A DNA stretch of 64,000 nucleotides, taken from Squalus acanthias. Lineage: Eukaryota. The translations under genes were made by a program, and so were the position numbers. Position 1 is the first letter of the stretch. Each line of letters opens with the position of its first letter. Shown here piece by piece: positions 39,343 to 51,053 of this stretch. A model generated the notes under the pieces. It had not been told where the DNA came from, did no database searches, and was given only the letters and a program-made list of their open reading frames with translations. The DNA lies in contig CM059431.1 in the NCBI GenBank assembly GCA_030390025.1, positions 135,348,001 to 135,412,000 on the forward strand, written 5' to 3'.

Positions 39343-40748
39343 GGGGGAGAAATTGGCCTCCTTTTCGCCTCCTGTTAGCGCCTCCAGGGGGCGTTAACGG
39401 GGCACTACCGGCTTTGCGACCGGGCGCAACGATAGTACCGACGCCCGCGAAATTGACGTGGAGGTTTGCGGCGGCGGTAACCACTAGCGCCACGCTCTCC
39501 TGCACCCGGAGATCATGACGTCATCCGGCTGCGCAGTGCCCCAGTAGCACCCTGGATCTGAACTTCGGTTCAGACCCCTGCAGCATCGCCAGGCGATAAC
39601 ACCAACAGCTGCAGGAGGCGTTGTTCGGGAGACTGGCCATTTGGGGAGCGGTATTTAAAGGTAAGGCTGCTTGTGTCAATGAAAAATTTGTTTTTACCCC
39701 TTAGGTTGTTTTTTCAACTTTTTCCTGTCAGAGTGCTTGGGGCTGATCGTCGTGGATTGTGGCTGCTGTTGGTGACGAGGGACATCAATTTAATGCAAAG
39801 CCTGCAGCAATGGCCCTTCCCGGCAGCGCTGCACCCGACCATGGTCAGCGCTGCACCCGACCATGGGCAGCGCTGCACCCGACCATGGGCAGCGCTGCAC
39901 CCGACCATGGGCAGCAATGGCCCTTCCCGGCAGCGCTGCACCCGACCATGGTCAGCGCTGCACCCGACCATGGGCAGCGCTGCACCCGACCATGGGCAGC
40001 GCTGCACCCGACCATGGGCAGCGCTGCACCCGACCATGGGCAGCAATGGCCCTTCCCGGCAGCGCTGCACCCGACCATGGGCAGCACTGCACTCGACCAT
40101 GGGCAGCGCTGCACTCGACCATGGGCAGCACTGCACTCGACCATGGGCAGCGCTGCACTCGACCATGGGCAGCGCTGCACCCGACCATGGGCAGCGCTGC
40201 ACTCGACCATGGGCAGCGCTGCACTCGACCATGGGCAGCAATGGCCCTTCCCGGCAGCGCTGCACCCGACCATGGGCAGCGCTGCACCCGACCATGGGCA
40301 GCGCTGCAACCGACCATGGGCAGCGCTGCACCCGACCATGGGCAGCGCTGCACCCGACCATGGGCAGCGCTGCACCCGACCATGGGCAGCGCTGCACCCG
40401 ACCATGGGCAGCGCTGCACCCGACCATGGGCAGCGCTGCACCCGACCATGGGCAGCGCTGCACCCGACCATGGGCAGCGCTGCACCCGACTATGGGCAGC
40501 GCTGCACCCGACCATGGGCAGCGCTGCACCCGACCATGGGCAGCGCTGCACCCGACCAAGGGCAGCGCTGCACCGCTACCGCCCCGCTTGCCGAACTTTA
40601 GCGCTCCAAGGGAAGTGGTAGCGCTTGATTTAGTGCTCCACTTCCTTCCTGGAGCGCTAAACCCGAAGTTCGCATTGGATTCATTGGCATAGCGCCTGGC
40701 ACTACTTTTTCGTTACCGCTAAACAGGACGATACTCAATTTCTCCCCC
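39343..40748 (+). mobile_element. Harbinger-family MITE expanded by an internal minisatellite
   Basis: 12-bp TIR GGGGGAGAAATT / AATTTCTCCCCC; TTAGCGCC motifs; antiparallel homology to 25045-25750; TSD not clean. Confidence 0.85.
39804..40573. repeat. 22-bp minisatellite GCAGCGCTGCACCCGACCATGG with a periodic 19-bp interrupt
   Basis: 31 full units in blocks of 4, 5, 8 and 14, each block led by GCAGCAATGGCCCTTCCCG (39804, 39911, 40040, 40235). Confidence 0.97.
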
Positions 40749-40984
40749 AGACTGTTGCATTGTTATAATGCACTGAAACTTAACAAAATGTTTGAATTAG
40801 CTCCGCTGATGTCTCAGCCGGTTTATCCAGTGAGTAGCTGTGCCAGGTCCTATCCTTGCTCTCAGTGGATTAACTGATTTCAACCGGCCAGTAAGGACAC
40901 AGCAATTTGCTTCAGCATCTCTGTTAAGAATGGGATAAATTGGCCAAGGTTTCTGGTCCGGATTGCAATCCAGAGTTTCCTACT

Positions 40985-41290
40985 TTTTTAATATTCATTA
41001 TTGGGATATAGGCATCACTACCAAGGCCAGCACTTATTGCCCATTCCTAGTTGCCTTTGAGAAGGTGGTGGTGAGCCTTCTACTTAAACAGCTGCAGGCC
41101 ACGTGGTGAAGGTACTCCCACAGTGGTGTTAGTTAGGGAACTCCAAGATTTTGACCCAGCGACAATGAAGGAACGGTGATATATGTCCAAGTTGGGATGA
41201 TATGTGACTTGGAAGGGAACTTGGAGGTGATGGTATTCCCATGCACCTGCTGTCCTTGTCCTTCAAGGTGGTGGAGGTCGTGGGCTAGGG
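40985..41290 (-). mobile_element. CR1-clade LINE 3' end (same family as 14930-15200)
   Basis: Colinear with 14930-15200 (GGTGAAGGTACTCCCA..GATTTTGACCCAG). Confidence 0.85.
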
Positions 41291-41694
41291 AGGTAAGTAT
41301 ATGTGTGTAAGTAGAGGGTGAGGATAGGATTGGGCTCAGCTGTGATAGCTCTAGCCTGCCTGCATTCTTTGTCAATGCTCACACATGAATGGCCACCTGG
41401 GCATGGTAACAGTGAGCACCTGGCACTGCAAACAGTAACTTATCAAGGAATCGATGCCTTCAGTAATGTATGAGAGCTGCAAAAAGTGATGAGATAAATA
41501 AATTAGCCTGTCAAAAGTGGTAAATTGCCTTCAGTAAACTATTTACAGACTCCTTCAAAATTTGTTAATGTTGTTACATTTTGTCCAGATTCATCAAGTA
41601 ATTTTCAAAATCAAAAGTAAACTGGATGCTTGAAGATAAAGCAGCAATATTATGAGTACAATAGCAATACTTTTAGCACTTGATGTGCCGTAAC

Positions 41695-41822
41695 CCAGAG
41701 GGTTACGGGCCAAGAGCTGGAAAGTGGGATTAGGCTGGAGAGCTTGTTGTCGGCCGGTACAGACATAATGGGCCAAATGGTCTCCTTCTGTGCCGTAAAC
41801 TTCTATGATTTCTATGATTCTA
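41695..41822 (+). mobile_element. Short CR1 3' end
   Basis: Matches 39045-39161; TTCTATGA tail. Confidence 0.8.
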
Positions 41823-41827
41823 TTCCG

Positions 41828-42562
41828 GGGACTGGGAGCATTGTGGTTATATTACTGGACTAGTAATCCAGTGGCCTGGACTAATGATCCGGAGACATGA
41901 GTTCAAATCCCATCACAGCAGCAGGGGAATTTATATTCAATTAATTAAAGGTTTTGATAGAGTGGATACAGAGAGAATGTTTCCACTTGTGGGGAAGAGC
42001 ATAACTAGAGGCCATCAATATAAGATAGTCACCAAGAAATCCAATAGGGAATTCAGAAGAAACTTCTTTACCCAAAGAGTGGTGAGAATGTGGAACTCAC
42101 TACCACAGGGTGTGTTTGAAGTGAAAAGTATAGACGCATTTAAGGGGAGGCTAGACAAGCATATGAGGGAGAAGGGAATAGAGGGTTATGCTGATAGATT
42201 TAGATGAGGAAAGACGGGAGGAGGCTCGAGTGGAGCATAAATGCCGAATGGCCTGTTTCCGTGCCATATATCCTTTGTAATCCTATGTAAATCAATGTGG
42301 AATAAAAAGCTAGTATCAGTAATGGTGACCATGAAACTACCGGATTGTCGTAAAAACCCATCTGGTTCACTAATGTCCTTTAGGGAAGGAAATCTGCCGT
42401 TTTTACCTGGTCTGGCCTATATGTGACTCCAGACCCACAGCAATGTGGTTGACTCTTAACTGCCCTCTGAAATGGCCTAGCAAGACCTTCTTTTGTATAA
42501 GGCGGCTCACCACCACCTTCTCAAGGGGAATTAGAGATGGACAATAAATGCTGGCCTTGCCA
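41828..42562 (+). mobile_element. tRNA-derived SINE with LINE-derived tail, interrupted by a CR1 fragment (~41946-42290)
   Basis: GAGTTCAAATCCC B-box-like head; tail GGCTCACCACCACCTTCTCAAGG..AATAAATGCTGGCC is the reverse complement of 41020-41080. Confidence 0.75.
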
Positions 42563-43090
42563 TGTGTTCAGGAGAATTTTCTTGGTCAGTATGTTTCCTG
42601 TCCAACGAGGAACAAGCCATTGCTGGATCTAGTCTTGAGGAATGAAATGGGTCAAGTGGAGAATGTCACAGTTGGAAAGCATCTCGAGAATAGATTAGAT
42701 TAGTTATGGAGAAGGACAAGGATCAATCTAGAATAAAAATATTTAACTGGAGGAGGGCTAATTTCAGCGAATTGAGGAGGGATATGGACTGGGTAAATTG
42801 GAGTCAAAGACTGGCAGGCAAAAATGTAATGGAGCAATGAGCGGCCTATAAAGAGGAGCTGGTTTGGGTACAGTCTAGGTACATTCCTACAAGGGGGAAA
42901 GGGAAGGCAACCAAAGCCAGAGCTCCCTGGATGACAAAGGAATTGGAGAGTAGGATGAAGCAGAAAAAGGGGACATATGACAGATGTAAGCTTGATAATA
43001 CAAGGGAGAATCAGGCTGAATATAAAAAGTACAGAGGAGAAGTGAAAAAGGAAATAAGGGGGGCAAAGAGAGAGTATGAGAATAGACTGG

Positions 43091-43590
43091 CAGGAACAGG
43101 GATACCTTGCTGCAGCTGTACAGGGCACTGGTGAGACCACACCTCGAGTACTGTGTACAGTTTTGGTCGCCTCATCTGAGGAAAGATGTTCTTGCCATGG
43201 AGGGGGTGCAGCGGCGATTCACCAGGCTGATACCAGGAATGGCGGGATTGACCTATGAGGAGAGACTATGTAGTTTAGGGATGTACACACTGGAGTTTAG
43301 AAGATTGAGAGGGGACCTCATAGAAGTGTATAAAATTCTGACAGGTCTAGACAGACGAGATGCAGAAGGAATGTTTCCCTTGGCGGGTGAGAACAGAACT
43401 AGAGGACATAATTTAAGGATAAGGGCTAAACCATTTAGGACAGAAATGAGGGGGAATTTCTTCACTCAGAGGGTGGTGAACCTGTGGAACTCATTGCCAC
43501 AGAGGGCAGTGTACGCCAGCTCATTAAATATATTTAAGAGGGAATTAGATGTATTTCTACAGGCAAAAGGGGTTAAGGGTTACGGAGAGA
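43091..43590 (+). repeat. 500-bp near-identical direct copy of 44644-45143 (internal CR1 segment)
   Basis: Only two substitutions noticed; lacks the CR1 3' UTR and tail. Confidence 0.9.
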
Positions 43591-43779
43591 CTAACATAAA
43601 GGGGAATCCAAAGGTCCTATATAGGCATATTAACAGTAAAAGGGATGTCAGAGGAGCGGTGGGGCCGATTAGGGACCAAAATGGAGATCTATTGATGGAG
43701 GCAGAAGGCATGGCTGAGGTACTAAATGAATACTTTGCATTGGTGTTTACCAAGGAAGAGGACTTTGCCAAAGCTATGG

Positions 43780-45264
43780 TAAATCGTGCTTGACTAATCT
43801 ATTGGAATTTTTTGAGGGAGTAACTGGTAAAATAGATGGGGGAGAGCCAGTAGATGTGGTGTACCTGGACTTCCAAAAGGCCTTCGACAAGGTCCCACAT
43901 AAAAGATTAGCATGGAAAATTGAAGCTCATGGGATAAAGGGGAAAGTATTGACGTGGATAGAGAACTGGCTGTCAGATAGAAGTCATGATGCGGAGATGC
44001 CGGTGTTGGACTGGGGTGGACAAAATTGAGAGGTCGCACAACACCAGGTTATAGTCCAACAGTTTTATTTGAAATCACAAGCTTTCGGAGCTATCGATTG
44101 CTCCGAAAGCTTGTGATTTCAAATAAAACTGTTGGACTATAACCTGGTGTTGTGCGACCTCTCAATTTTGTCAGATAGAAAACAGAGAGTTGGAATAAAC
44201 GGCTCATTTTCTGAATGGCAGGCAGTAACAAGTGGGGTACCGCAGGGATCTGTCCTGGGTCCCCAGCTGTTCACAATTTACATTAATGACCTGGATCAGG
44301 GAGTCGGATGCAGCATTTCCAAATTTGCAGACGACACTAATCTAGGAGGGGGGGTGGGCTCAGAGGAGGAGACCAGGAAGCTCCAGAGCGATTTGGACAG
44401 ACTGGGTGATTGGGCGGATAAATGGCAGATGCACTATAATGTGGACAAGTGCGAAGTTATCCACCTTGGGTGCAGGAACGGGAGGGCAAATTATTATTTA
44501 AATGGCAATAAATTGGGAGAGGGGGAAGTACAGAGAGACCTGGGTGTTCTTGTACACCAGTCACTGAAGGCGAGCATGCAGGTGCAACAGGCGGTCAAGA
44601 AGGCAAACGGTATGCTGGCCTTCATAGCAAAAGGGTTGGAATACAGGAACAGGGATACCTTGCTGCAGCTGTACAGGGCACTGGTGAGACCACACCTCGA
44701 GTACTGTGTACAGTTTTGGTCGCCTCATCTGAGGAAAGATGTTCTTGCCATGGAGGGGGTGCAGCGGCGATTCACCAGGCTGATACCAGGAATGGCGGGA
44801 TTGACCTATGAGGAGAGACTATGTAGTTTAGGGATGTACACACTGGAGTTTAGAAGATTGAGAGGGGACCTCATAGAAGTGTATAAAATTCTGACAGGTC
44901 TAGACAGACTAGATGCAGAAGGAATGTTTCCCTTGGCGGGTGAGAACAGAACTAGAGGACATAATTTAAGGATAAGGGCTAAACCATTTAGGACAGAAAT
45001 GAGGGGGAATTTCTTCACTCAGAGGGTGGTGAACCTGTGGAACTCATTGCCACAGAGGGCAGTGTACGCCAGCTCATTAAATATATTTAAGAGGGAATTA
45101 GATATATTTCTACAGGCAAAAGGGGTTAAGGGTTACGGAGAGAAGGCGGGGACGGGATACTGAATTGGAGGATCAGCCATGATCTCATTAAATGGCGGAG
45201 CAGGCTCAAAGGGCCGGATGGCCTACTCCTGCTCCTATCTTCTATGTATCTATGTATCTATGTA
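43780..45264 (+). mobile_element. Young 5'-truncated CR1 LINE
   Basis: RT frame 43790-45163 is open apart from the hairpin insert; (TCTATGTA)n tail. Confidence 0.93.
43983..44168. mobile_element. Penelope-type palindromic short element (second copy)
   Basis: 73-bp perfect inverted arms; 12-bp TSD TGTCAGATAGAA (43971-43982, 44169-44180); nearly identical to the reverse complement of 24156-24372. Confidence 0.88.
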
Positions 45265-45631
45265 AACGAGGAGGTTGCTGGGAAATGGGTGGAGATAAAA
45301 ATAGATAAAGAGGAGGTACTAGACAGGCTAGCAATAATTGAAGTGGATAAGTCACCAGTCCGGATGGGATGCATTCTAAGTTGCTAAGGGAAGTAAGGTT
45401 ATAGATTGCGGAGGTGCTGGCCACAGTCTTCCAATCCTCCTTAGATACAGGGCTGGTGCCAAAGGACTGGATGATTGCAAATGTTACACGCCTGTTCAAA
45501 AAAGGGGAGAAGGATAAACCTGGCAATTACAGGCCAGTCAGTTTAACGTCGAAGATGGGGAAGCTATTAGAAACAATAATCTGGGGGTAAAATTAATAGC
45601 CACTTGGACATGCATGGACTATAAAGGAGAG

Positions 45632-46329
45632 CGGGTGGTCAGCACAGAGTATCTTAAATGGAGTGCACTTAAACAGAGTGTTAAACTTGGGAATTTGGAG
45701 AGAGTGGGAATTCGGAGCAGAGTGGGAAGGAGGTGTTGCTTTTTGCCTCCAATACTTGGAGTGCTTTGTGCTACAGGTAAATATTTAATTTCATTTACCT
45801 AGAACTTAAACTAGATCTGGTAATTAGTTAAAAACTAAACTGTAAGCTAAGTTAATTAAATGTTGTAGTGGTAGGGGACAGTATAGTCAGGGGGATAGAT
45901 ACTGTTCTCTGAAGCCGCGATTGGGAGTTCTGATGGCTGTGTTGACTTTCCGGTGCGAGGGTTAAGGATATCTCCTCACGGCTGGAGAAGAATTTGGAGT
46001 GGGAGGGGGAGATTCCAGTTGTCATGGTCCATGTAGGAACGACATAGGTAGAACTAGGAATGAGGTTCTGCTGAAAGAGTTTGAGGAGCTAGGGTCCAAA
46101 TTAAAAAGCAGAACCTCAAAGGTAATAATCTTTGGATTGTTACCTGAGCTACGCACAAATTGGCATAGGGACAAGCAGATTAGAGAGTTAAATGCGTGGC
46201 TCAAAGAATGGTGTGCGAGGAAGGGGTTTGATTCATGGGGCACTGGCACCAGTACTGGGGAAAGAGGGAGCTGTTCCGTTGGGACGGTCTCCACTTAAAC
46301 CAGGCTGGGACCAGTGTCCTGGCGAATCG
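45632..46329 (+). mobile_element. CR1 5' region with ORF1 SGNH esterase pseudogene
   Basis: VVVGDSIVRG, GARVKDI, NDIG, ELNAWLKEWC, DGLHLN motifs. Confidence 0.85.
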
Positions 46330-46613
46330 TAAGAACATAAGAATTAGGAGCAGGAGTAGGCCATACAGCTCCTCGAGCCTGCTCCTCCATTTTAGTTTCC
46401 TACAAACTTTCTTTATTCAAATTAATGGAGACCTTGAAACTAATGACTATTCTAGCTGTAAGGAAATACTAATTTGCTATTTGCCTCATAAACTAATGTT
46501 AAGCTAGCCTTAATTTCCCATCAACCTCTCTGTCTCTTCCCTCTCCATGTTCCAACATGTCCCATGTTCCAACATTTCCTACTTTTATTTTTTGTAATCT
46601 GCACCTCTTTTAC

Positions 46614-49261
46614 CTACCAGGGGCCATGATTCGCTTTCAGTGCCCTCGTTATCTCTCTATCTTTTCTGATATTTTCTATGTCTCTTATCAACTTCCTTAC
46701 ACAGCATAACGCAATGACCAGAATCCCTAAGGCTATTATCTGTGCTATCACCATTCCCATCTGGAACAGTCTAGCCCAAGGATGTAGTTCCACACTAGAG
46801 GTTACTTTCCACCATTCATGATTCCCAAGTCTCATGATTGCCTGTTCTGTCTCTCTATTTGTCTCCATCATTTGCACTATGTATTTCTGGGATGTCCTAG
46901 TTCGCTCAATTATGCCCTTTAAAGCCAGAGACAGGGGAGTTATATAGTGACCCATACGCGGAATGGCTCATAGAAACATAGAAAAATAGGAGCAGGAGTA
47001 GGCCATTCGGCCCTTCGAGCCTGCTCCGCCATTCAATATGATCATGGCTGATCCTCTATCTCAGTACCATATTCCCGCTCTCTCCCCATACCCCTTGATG
47101 CCTTTTGTGTCTAGAAATCAATCTATCTCCTTCTTCAATATATTCAGTGACTTGGCCTCCACAGCCTTCTGTGGTAGAGAATTCCACAGGTTCACCACCC
47201 TCTGAGTGAAGAAATTTCTCCTCATCTCAGTCCTAAATGTCCTACCCCGTATCCTGAGACTGTGACCCCTTGTTCTAGACCCCCCAGCCAGGGGAAACAT
47301 CCTCCCTGCATCCAGTCTGTCTAGCCCTGTCAGAATTTTATATGTTTCAATGAGATCCCCTCTCATTCTTCTAAAGTCTAGTGAATACAGGCCTAGTCGA
47401 CCCAATCTCTCCTCATACGACAGTCCTGCCGTCCCAGGAATCAGTCTGGTGAACTTTCGCTGCACTCCCTCTATGGCAAGTATATCCTTTCTTAGGTAAG
47501 GAGACCAAAACTGCACACAGTACTCCAGGTGTGGTCTCACCAAGGCCCTGTACAACTGTAGTAAGACATCCTTGCTCCTATACTCAAATCCTCTTGCAAT
47601 GAAGGCCAACATACCATTTGCCTTCCTAACTGCTTGCTGCACCTGCATGTTTGCTTTCAGTGACTGGTGTACAAGGACACCCAGGTCCCTTTGTACATCA
47701 GCATTTCCCAATCTATCACCATTTAAATAATACTCTACCTTTCTGTTTTTCCTACCGAAGTGGATAACTTCACATTTATCCACATTATACTGCATCTGCC
47801 ATGTATTTGCCCACTCACTCAACTTGTCTAAATCACCTTGAAGCCTCTTTGCATCCTCCTCTCAACTCACAATCCCACCTAGTTTTGTGTCGTCAGCAAA
47901 CTTGGAAATATTACATTTGGTTCCCTCATATTCCAGAGGCAGTTTCAGCTGCAGATAAGTGGCATTATGATGATCAATGTTTTAGCACCGATACAAGTGT
48001 TTCTCTTTGGAGTCAGACAAAACTGGTGTTCTAGTATGGGGCATCGGGTTGAACCTACGGTCGATATACACGGTATTAGTTTGCTCCTTGACCTATTTAC
48101 TTCTTCCAATCTGGCATTTTGGTGATTCTTTGTCGAGAATGAACCCACAAACTGGAACAGTCTGTTGATGGACGACATCACATCTACAAACCCACGTTGT
48201 CCCTTTCAGAGTGCAACACTCCATATCTGGTGTTATCCAAGTTCCTGCCTTCTTAATCAGATATTTTGGATATTCCTCATATGGATCGGACCTAACTCGG
48301 AGTCTTCCAACATTCCAGTCGATTCTACCCATACACCTTCCAAGGTTTCGTTTAATTTACATTTTTCCTTAACAAAGGCAAAACCAATACTACTGGTATA
48401 ATATCTTCATTTCTTTCCCCTTCCCTAGGGGCCAAAAAAGCCCCTATTTGCTGCATTACATCATAGTCCCATTCATTCTCTGAATTCTTCAAGTTGTTAA
48501 ACACCTTCGTATTTGTTTCTGATGAATAAACAGAGGCACCTCATGTCTCTTTATTTGGTCCATTCCTTTCTGGATTATGTTCATCACAAAAGCCGCATAC
48601 AGGTTCCACATATTACCTCTCGCTGTCTCCTGCCTTTCATTGGCCTCATTGTTATTATCTATTAACTGATTAATTATCTTTTTACTTTGTCCAATTATCT
48701 CACTAACGCCTCAGTAGATACTAAGGTGCTTTGATTTTCAACTAAATCACCTCCCCCTTCTTGGTTCATTTTGGATAAAATGTCTTTCAATTGCTTTCTC
48801 ATCACCACATCATGTTCCCACATTCCCTTTAGATTGGTTCGGTTCACTCCAGACAAACCTGCTCTTGCTCCTATACCCATCCATTCCATTAGCTCCCTCT
48901 TCATTTATTACCCTCCTTGTGCCTATCTTCCCTCCAGTCTGATTATTCTTCTAATCACTTACGCTTCTCTCCCTCCTTTTCCACTAAGGCTTGCAACATT
49001 CTATGCAACATATCTGTATAATTACAATGACAGAGTCTTTTGGATATATCCAATTTCATATTCAATAACACTGGTGCAATCTCAAAATGGACATCATTAT
49101 ATAGTACAGTCCTGGATTCGATTACTTCGAGTCTGTTTTTATTTGGGTTCAGTCATTGAGGTTGCCAGGTGTACATACTGGGTATGTTACACAGTTCCAT
49201 ATTCTCTCCGGTTGTTGTTTTGCGTGGTCGAGATCAGCAGTAGTACAATTACTATCCACAT
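46614..49261 (-). pseudogene. env: env pseudogene, class I fusion (F-like) glycoprotein, ~560 codons after removing the CR1 insert
   Basis: Signal peptide MWIVIVLLLIS after a TTTTATTTCAACAG acceptor; KR|ELMEWMGIGARAGLSGVN cleavage site/fusion peptide; heptads; Cys-rich PDMECCTLKGTTWVCRC; TM MGMVIAQIIALGILVIALCC; several stops and frameshifts. Confidence 0.75.
46973..47924 (-). mobile_element. CR1 LINE 3' fragment inserted in env
   Basis: ORF 47118-47822; (CATAGAAA)n tail; CTCATA at both junctions (46967-46972, 47925-47930). Confidence 0.93.
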
Positions 49262-50060
49262 CCTGTTCCTGTTGAAATAAAATCAAATGCAGCATTTATT
49301 CTTCATCTGGTTATCTGAGCTCTTCTTGTACAGTTTACACTGATCTCCATGATACCACACATTTTGTGGTTTCTTCCCTTGTTTCTGAATGGCCAATTTA
49401 AGATTTGTTTCTCCCAATTTGTCCATGACTTCACACAGACCTTCCCAATTAGCCTACCAGGCCCCACCTTTTAACATTTTTTTAAGCGTGACTTGATCAT
49501 CAATGAAGTAGTTTAATGCAACGTGATTGTCCCTGGTGGTGTAATTTTCCTGTTTCTATTTTACATCCTAAGTGGGGCATAAGCCCTGGAGAAACTTTAC
49601 TGTCCAATGCAATATTTTCACAACATCTTTAAAACAAAAATCAAACAAAGAAAAAACTTTCCCGATCAAACTTTTTTTCCCCCAAGTCTTTGTGGTTTGG
49701 AATCAATTACGATAGCATGTCTCGGACTTGCAATAACCAAATTAAGAAGACAATGCTTTGTAAACGTTCAAATTGATTTCAAACGCGACCACACATTTTT
49801 AATTTAAACTGCATAAAGCCATAGCATTTTTTTTTACTGTAATTCAATTAAAACAAAGTGCCTTGAGAGTTCAAATTCATTTTGCACCAGACACCATGGC
49901 AACTGTAACTTCAAGGCTGAAGCTTATCTTTTGTCAAACAAACTAGTCTACCTCCTGTCCCAGAGCTCGTCCGGATCGATTCCTTTGTGGTCCAGGTTTC
50001 ACTTCAGTCCGATATCGACAATTAACTCCCCGGTTTTCAGTAAAAAACTACAAGTCCAAG

Positions 50061-50077
50061 CCTGGCTAGGTTCACCA
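50061..50077 (-). promoter_or_regulatory. Primer-binding site, tRNA-Arg(ACG)-like
   Basis: Plus-strand CCTGGCTAGGTTCACCA resembles the vertebrate tRNA-Arg(ACG) 3' end CCTGGCTGGCTCGCCA (from memory); 1 nt from the LTR end. Confidence 0.65.
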
Positions 50078-50409
50078 ATGAAGTAAATGATGTTGGTAAA
50101 GAGACCCACGTTGTCTCTTTACTTGAGTAGTAATGAAAATAGTCATTGCTTCAGGTTGAATACCTTTGCTTCTTCCTTCAGCAGGCGAAGCAATTTACAA
50201 GCGAAGTAGATTGACAGACTGAGTACAATAGATGTAAGCATGCATCCTCACATTGTACTAAACTTTAAAACACAAAATGACTGTTTTTATATAATTCTGT
50301 GCCTGTCGTGAACTCGAATCCACCTCTTTTCCCTTGATTGGATTCCTTCTGTCACCTGACTTACCACTCCAGTACATTTCCATTACAGCCAGTCTAGCCC
50401 GAAGACTAA

Positions 50410-51050
50410 GGGGGAAAAGTTTGGTGGCGCCCCTTTTGGGGCACTAACGTCGCCGGGGCACTACAAGTGAATATCGCAGCGCTACATGCAACAGCACCAC
50501 GCGAGTCGGCACGTAGCGCCGCGTCATTGCAGGCCTCCCTCCCCTGATTAAAGGGGAGGGGCCTAGCGCTGTGTGCACCGGAGCCCTGCTGGACCCCCGG
50601 GGAGTGAGGTGCCATGAAAACAGCCCGGCTCTCAAGAGGAGTGCCGGGCTGAGCGGTCCTGGCTGGCACCCCGAAGAAAAAAGGGGAAGGGGGCAGGTGC
50701 TGGCAGTCGGCTCAAGAAAAATGGCCGCCCGACACCTGCCCATTAAGTAGCACCACCGCGGCTACAAAAACGCCACCCTGACCCTGTCGGACAAATGGTC
50801 CGGCGATAGGTCAGGGGGCACAACCCAAGTTTGCGGCTGGGGTGCGAGCGGGGCCGCTGCATACGGCGATGACGTCATTGCTGGCGGCGCAGCACCGCGG
50901 GGCGCTATTTGCTACCGCCGCCGCTAACCTCCCGCTGATTTTCGCGGGAGGAGTTAGCAGTGCCATGCCCGGGCGCTAGGGAATTTGTGCCGCATTAGTG
51001 GCCCCCAGGGGGTGCTAATGAGAGCTGCAAACTAACCCCATTGTCCCCCC
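50410..51050 (-). mobile_element. Harbinger-family MITE, antiparallel relative of 33932-34692
   Basis: TAA TSD (50407-50409, 51051-51053); ends GGGGGAAAAGTT / CATTGTCCCCCC. Confidence 0.85.
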
Positions 51051-51053
51051 TAA

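Larger units (their letters stand above)
42570..45628 (+). mobile_element. CR1 ORF2 fragment (42570-43090, 43591-43783, 45264-45628) split by younger CR1 sequence
   Basis: Colinear with the reverse complement of 28390-29140; reads through when the inserts are removed (..ENRLA|NIKGNPK..). Confidence 0.85.

Noticed and set aside
39804..40573. CRISPR-like array, or long repetitive ORFs (199-339 aa in all six frames)
   Set aside because: Units are contiguous with no unique spacers and there are no cas genes; the ORFs arise because the 22-bp unit has no stop codon.
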